Assembly: GCF_011386835.1 (NCBI RefSeq)
Contig: NC_088804.1
Location: 16,058,001-16,122,000 of the forward strand
Length of the DNA: 64,000 bases
Direction: 5' to 3'
Origin: Chrysemys picta bellii
Taxonomy: Eukaryota
This document shows, one piece after another, positions 62,277 through 64,000 of this stretch. Position 1 is the first letter of the stretch; every line of letters starts with the position of its first letter. The notes under the pieces are model-generated. The model was not told where the DNA came from. It saw nothing but the letters and a program-made list of their open reading frames with translations, and did no database searches. Both the position numbers and the translations under genes were made by a program.

Positions 62277-63405
62277 AAATACATTTTACTAATGTGTACT
62301 TTATTTATGCAATCTTAACTCATGACGAGTAGCACTGCACTTTCACATGTACGTAGTTCCAGGGAGGTAGTAGTTCTTTGGAACTACTCATGTAAGTGTT
62401 ACTCAACATGAGTGAATTGGATCCCTAGTAGGAAATATATCTGGATACATTTTAACTGATACAGTACTTTGACTGTTTTACGCCAAGTATACAATGTAGA
62501 TACATTTAGAGGATCCTTTTAAGAGAAATGATCAAGTGGTTTGTATGGTAAAGAGAAGGAGAATCTGAAAAATACTGTACATCCAGCCTGACTTAATTGC
62601 TGCAATTGCATGAATATCCAAGGTACTTTTGATGTCAAAGGTTTCACTTCCTTTCAGTACCTTTTGCCTTTTTGATTTCCCCTTGTGATCATAAAGCTAT
62701 AAACATTCTTTCCAGGGGTCCCTGAGAATCCTATTAGTAGCTTTTTATTATAGTGGCAAATTCGTATTGAATTGGTGTCCATTTTCACTAACGCAGAATA
62801 ATCAAATCCGTGTCATTATTATTGTACTGTTCAAAAAGAAAATAATGGGGGTGTAATGTAAACCTGGTAATGTGGTGAAACTCTCTTATTGTGTTAGGTT
62901 AAGAATGCTGTTCCAGCTCACTTGACGCAGTGATTGAGTAAGGAAATGGAAGGCACTTCATTTGTGATAAGGTGCCATGTACATCCTTATTTGAATGTGT
63001 AATTGTCATTTTGTGGCCAAAAGGGTGATTGCTCCTGCACATATGTGCTTTCTGTGTCAGCCATGTTGGTTTTAGACTTGTGAGCATGATACTGTATATC
63101 TTATTTTATGCACAGTGCTGTGATTTCCTTTTTTAAATCATGAGTAGCATTTGATGGTTCTGTCTCCAGAAGAAATACTTTATATATTCTTTTATGTGCA
63201 TCTGAGCTTTTTTTTAAAAAAGGGGGAATAGGGCCTTTAGAGTACATTGTTAGAAAGTACAAGCAGCCTCTGAAGGTTCAAATTTGACAGGGATGTTAGG
63301 AGGCAGGTCAAGTGACTGCCTAATGAAGATGAATGGAGAAAATTGCTGGTACAAGAATCATGTGGTGGGTACTCAGCCCAGGTTGTTGGAAAAAGTGTGA
63401 TGGAA

Positions 63406-63553
63406 NNNNNNNNNNNNNNNNNNNNNNNNNNNNNNNNNNNNNNNNNNNNNNNNNNNNNNNNNNNNNNNNNNNNNNNNNNNNNNNNNNNNNNNNNNNNNNN
63501 NNNNNNNNNNNNNNNNNNNNNNNNNNNNNNNNNNNNNNNNNNNNNNNNNNNNN
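63406..63553. other. Assembly gap (148 N)
   Basis: Run of N. Confidence 1.
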
Positions 63554-64000
63554 AAAGCAGTGGAGAGAAACATAAAACAGCTTCCTTCCTCTTCAGTTGA
63601 AATACAGCATACACTAATATGTAAGTATTGCTAGGAATGACATTGATATTTTTTATGTTTGATGACATGATCATATATATATTAAAGATTCTTGTAAAAA
63701 TAATGGAGAAAGCAAAATCAAGGAAATATAAATTATACATCTGTTGTAGTATAATTTTTCATCACATAATATTTTCCAGGATTCTGTAGTACATCTCATG
63801 CATGTCTGTGCTGAAAAGATAACTTCTTTGTTGTATGCTGTTCTCACAAAACAAGGCAAAACCATTGCACTACGGACTGTTACAAGAGCAGAAGCTAATT
63901 TTGGTAAAATGCTCATACCAGTTTGGATTTGGAACATGGAACAGAGAGATGTTTAGTTTTTTTTTTCCTCCTTTGTGTCCTGATAATGTTAGAATTATCT

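Larger units (their letters stand above)
24373..64000 (+). other. TOX3: TOX3 intron 1 (runs off the window)
   Basis: Begins at the GT donor after exon 1; no sequence encoding the expected exon 2 peptide (FGNNNNYMNMAEANN...) was found by eye. It could be hidden in an N gap. Confidence 0.75.

Noticed and set aside
24373-64000. TOX3 exon 2 (FGNNNNYMNMAEANN...)
   Set aside because: Searched by eye; the nearest look-alikes (e.g. tttggaaatgaaaat at ~46465) do not continue correctly. It is probably downstream of the window.
1-64000. CRISPR arrays, operons or other prokaryote-type systems
   Set aside because: The window is vertebrate DNA; there is no regularly spaced repeat-spacer array or gene-dense cluster.

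Overview
Vertebrate genomic DNA, very probably from a turtle: it carries tortoise-type tRNA/CR1-tail SINEs, turtle-type CR1, Penelope and DIRS elements, and two short assembly gaps. The only host gene I can support is the 5' end of TOX3 on the + strand. A CpG island (~23.3-24.1 kb) and a long ATG-free leader precede a 102-nt first coding exon (24271-24372, [34 protein letters not shown]), which the ORF track misses. Everything after 24372 appears to be intron 1; I found no exon 2. Positions 1-23.3 kb are upstream intergenic DNA. The rest is transposable-element material: a CR1 with an internal deletion, interrupted by a young Penelope-like element with an intact GIY-YIG ORF and a minimal hammerhead ribozyme motif; a degraded DIRS tyrosine-recombinase retrotransposon; several hAT, Tc1/pogo and Harbinger-type MITEs, some nested; a Deu-domain SINE; MIR-like SINEs; and many short palindromic repeats. 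Several candidate enhancers are visible as motif clusters only, including a perfect DR2 nuclear-receptor element, a CRE/E-box/ETS cluster and a MEF2/E-box/NFI cluster. Almost all ORF-track entries are spurious or TE-derived. I found no convincing new multi-gene system; the best leads are regulatory motifs and unusual TE structures. All alignments and family names are by eye and from recall, not from database searches.
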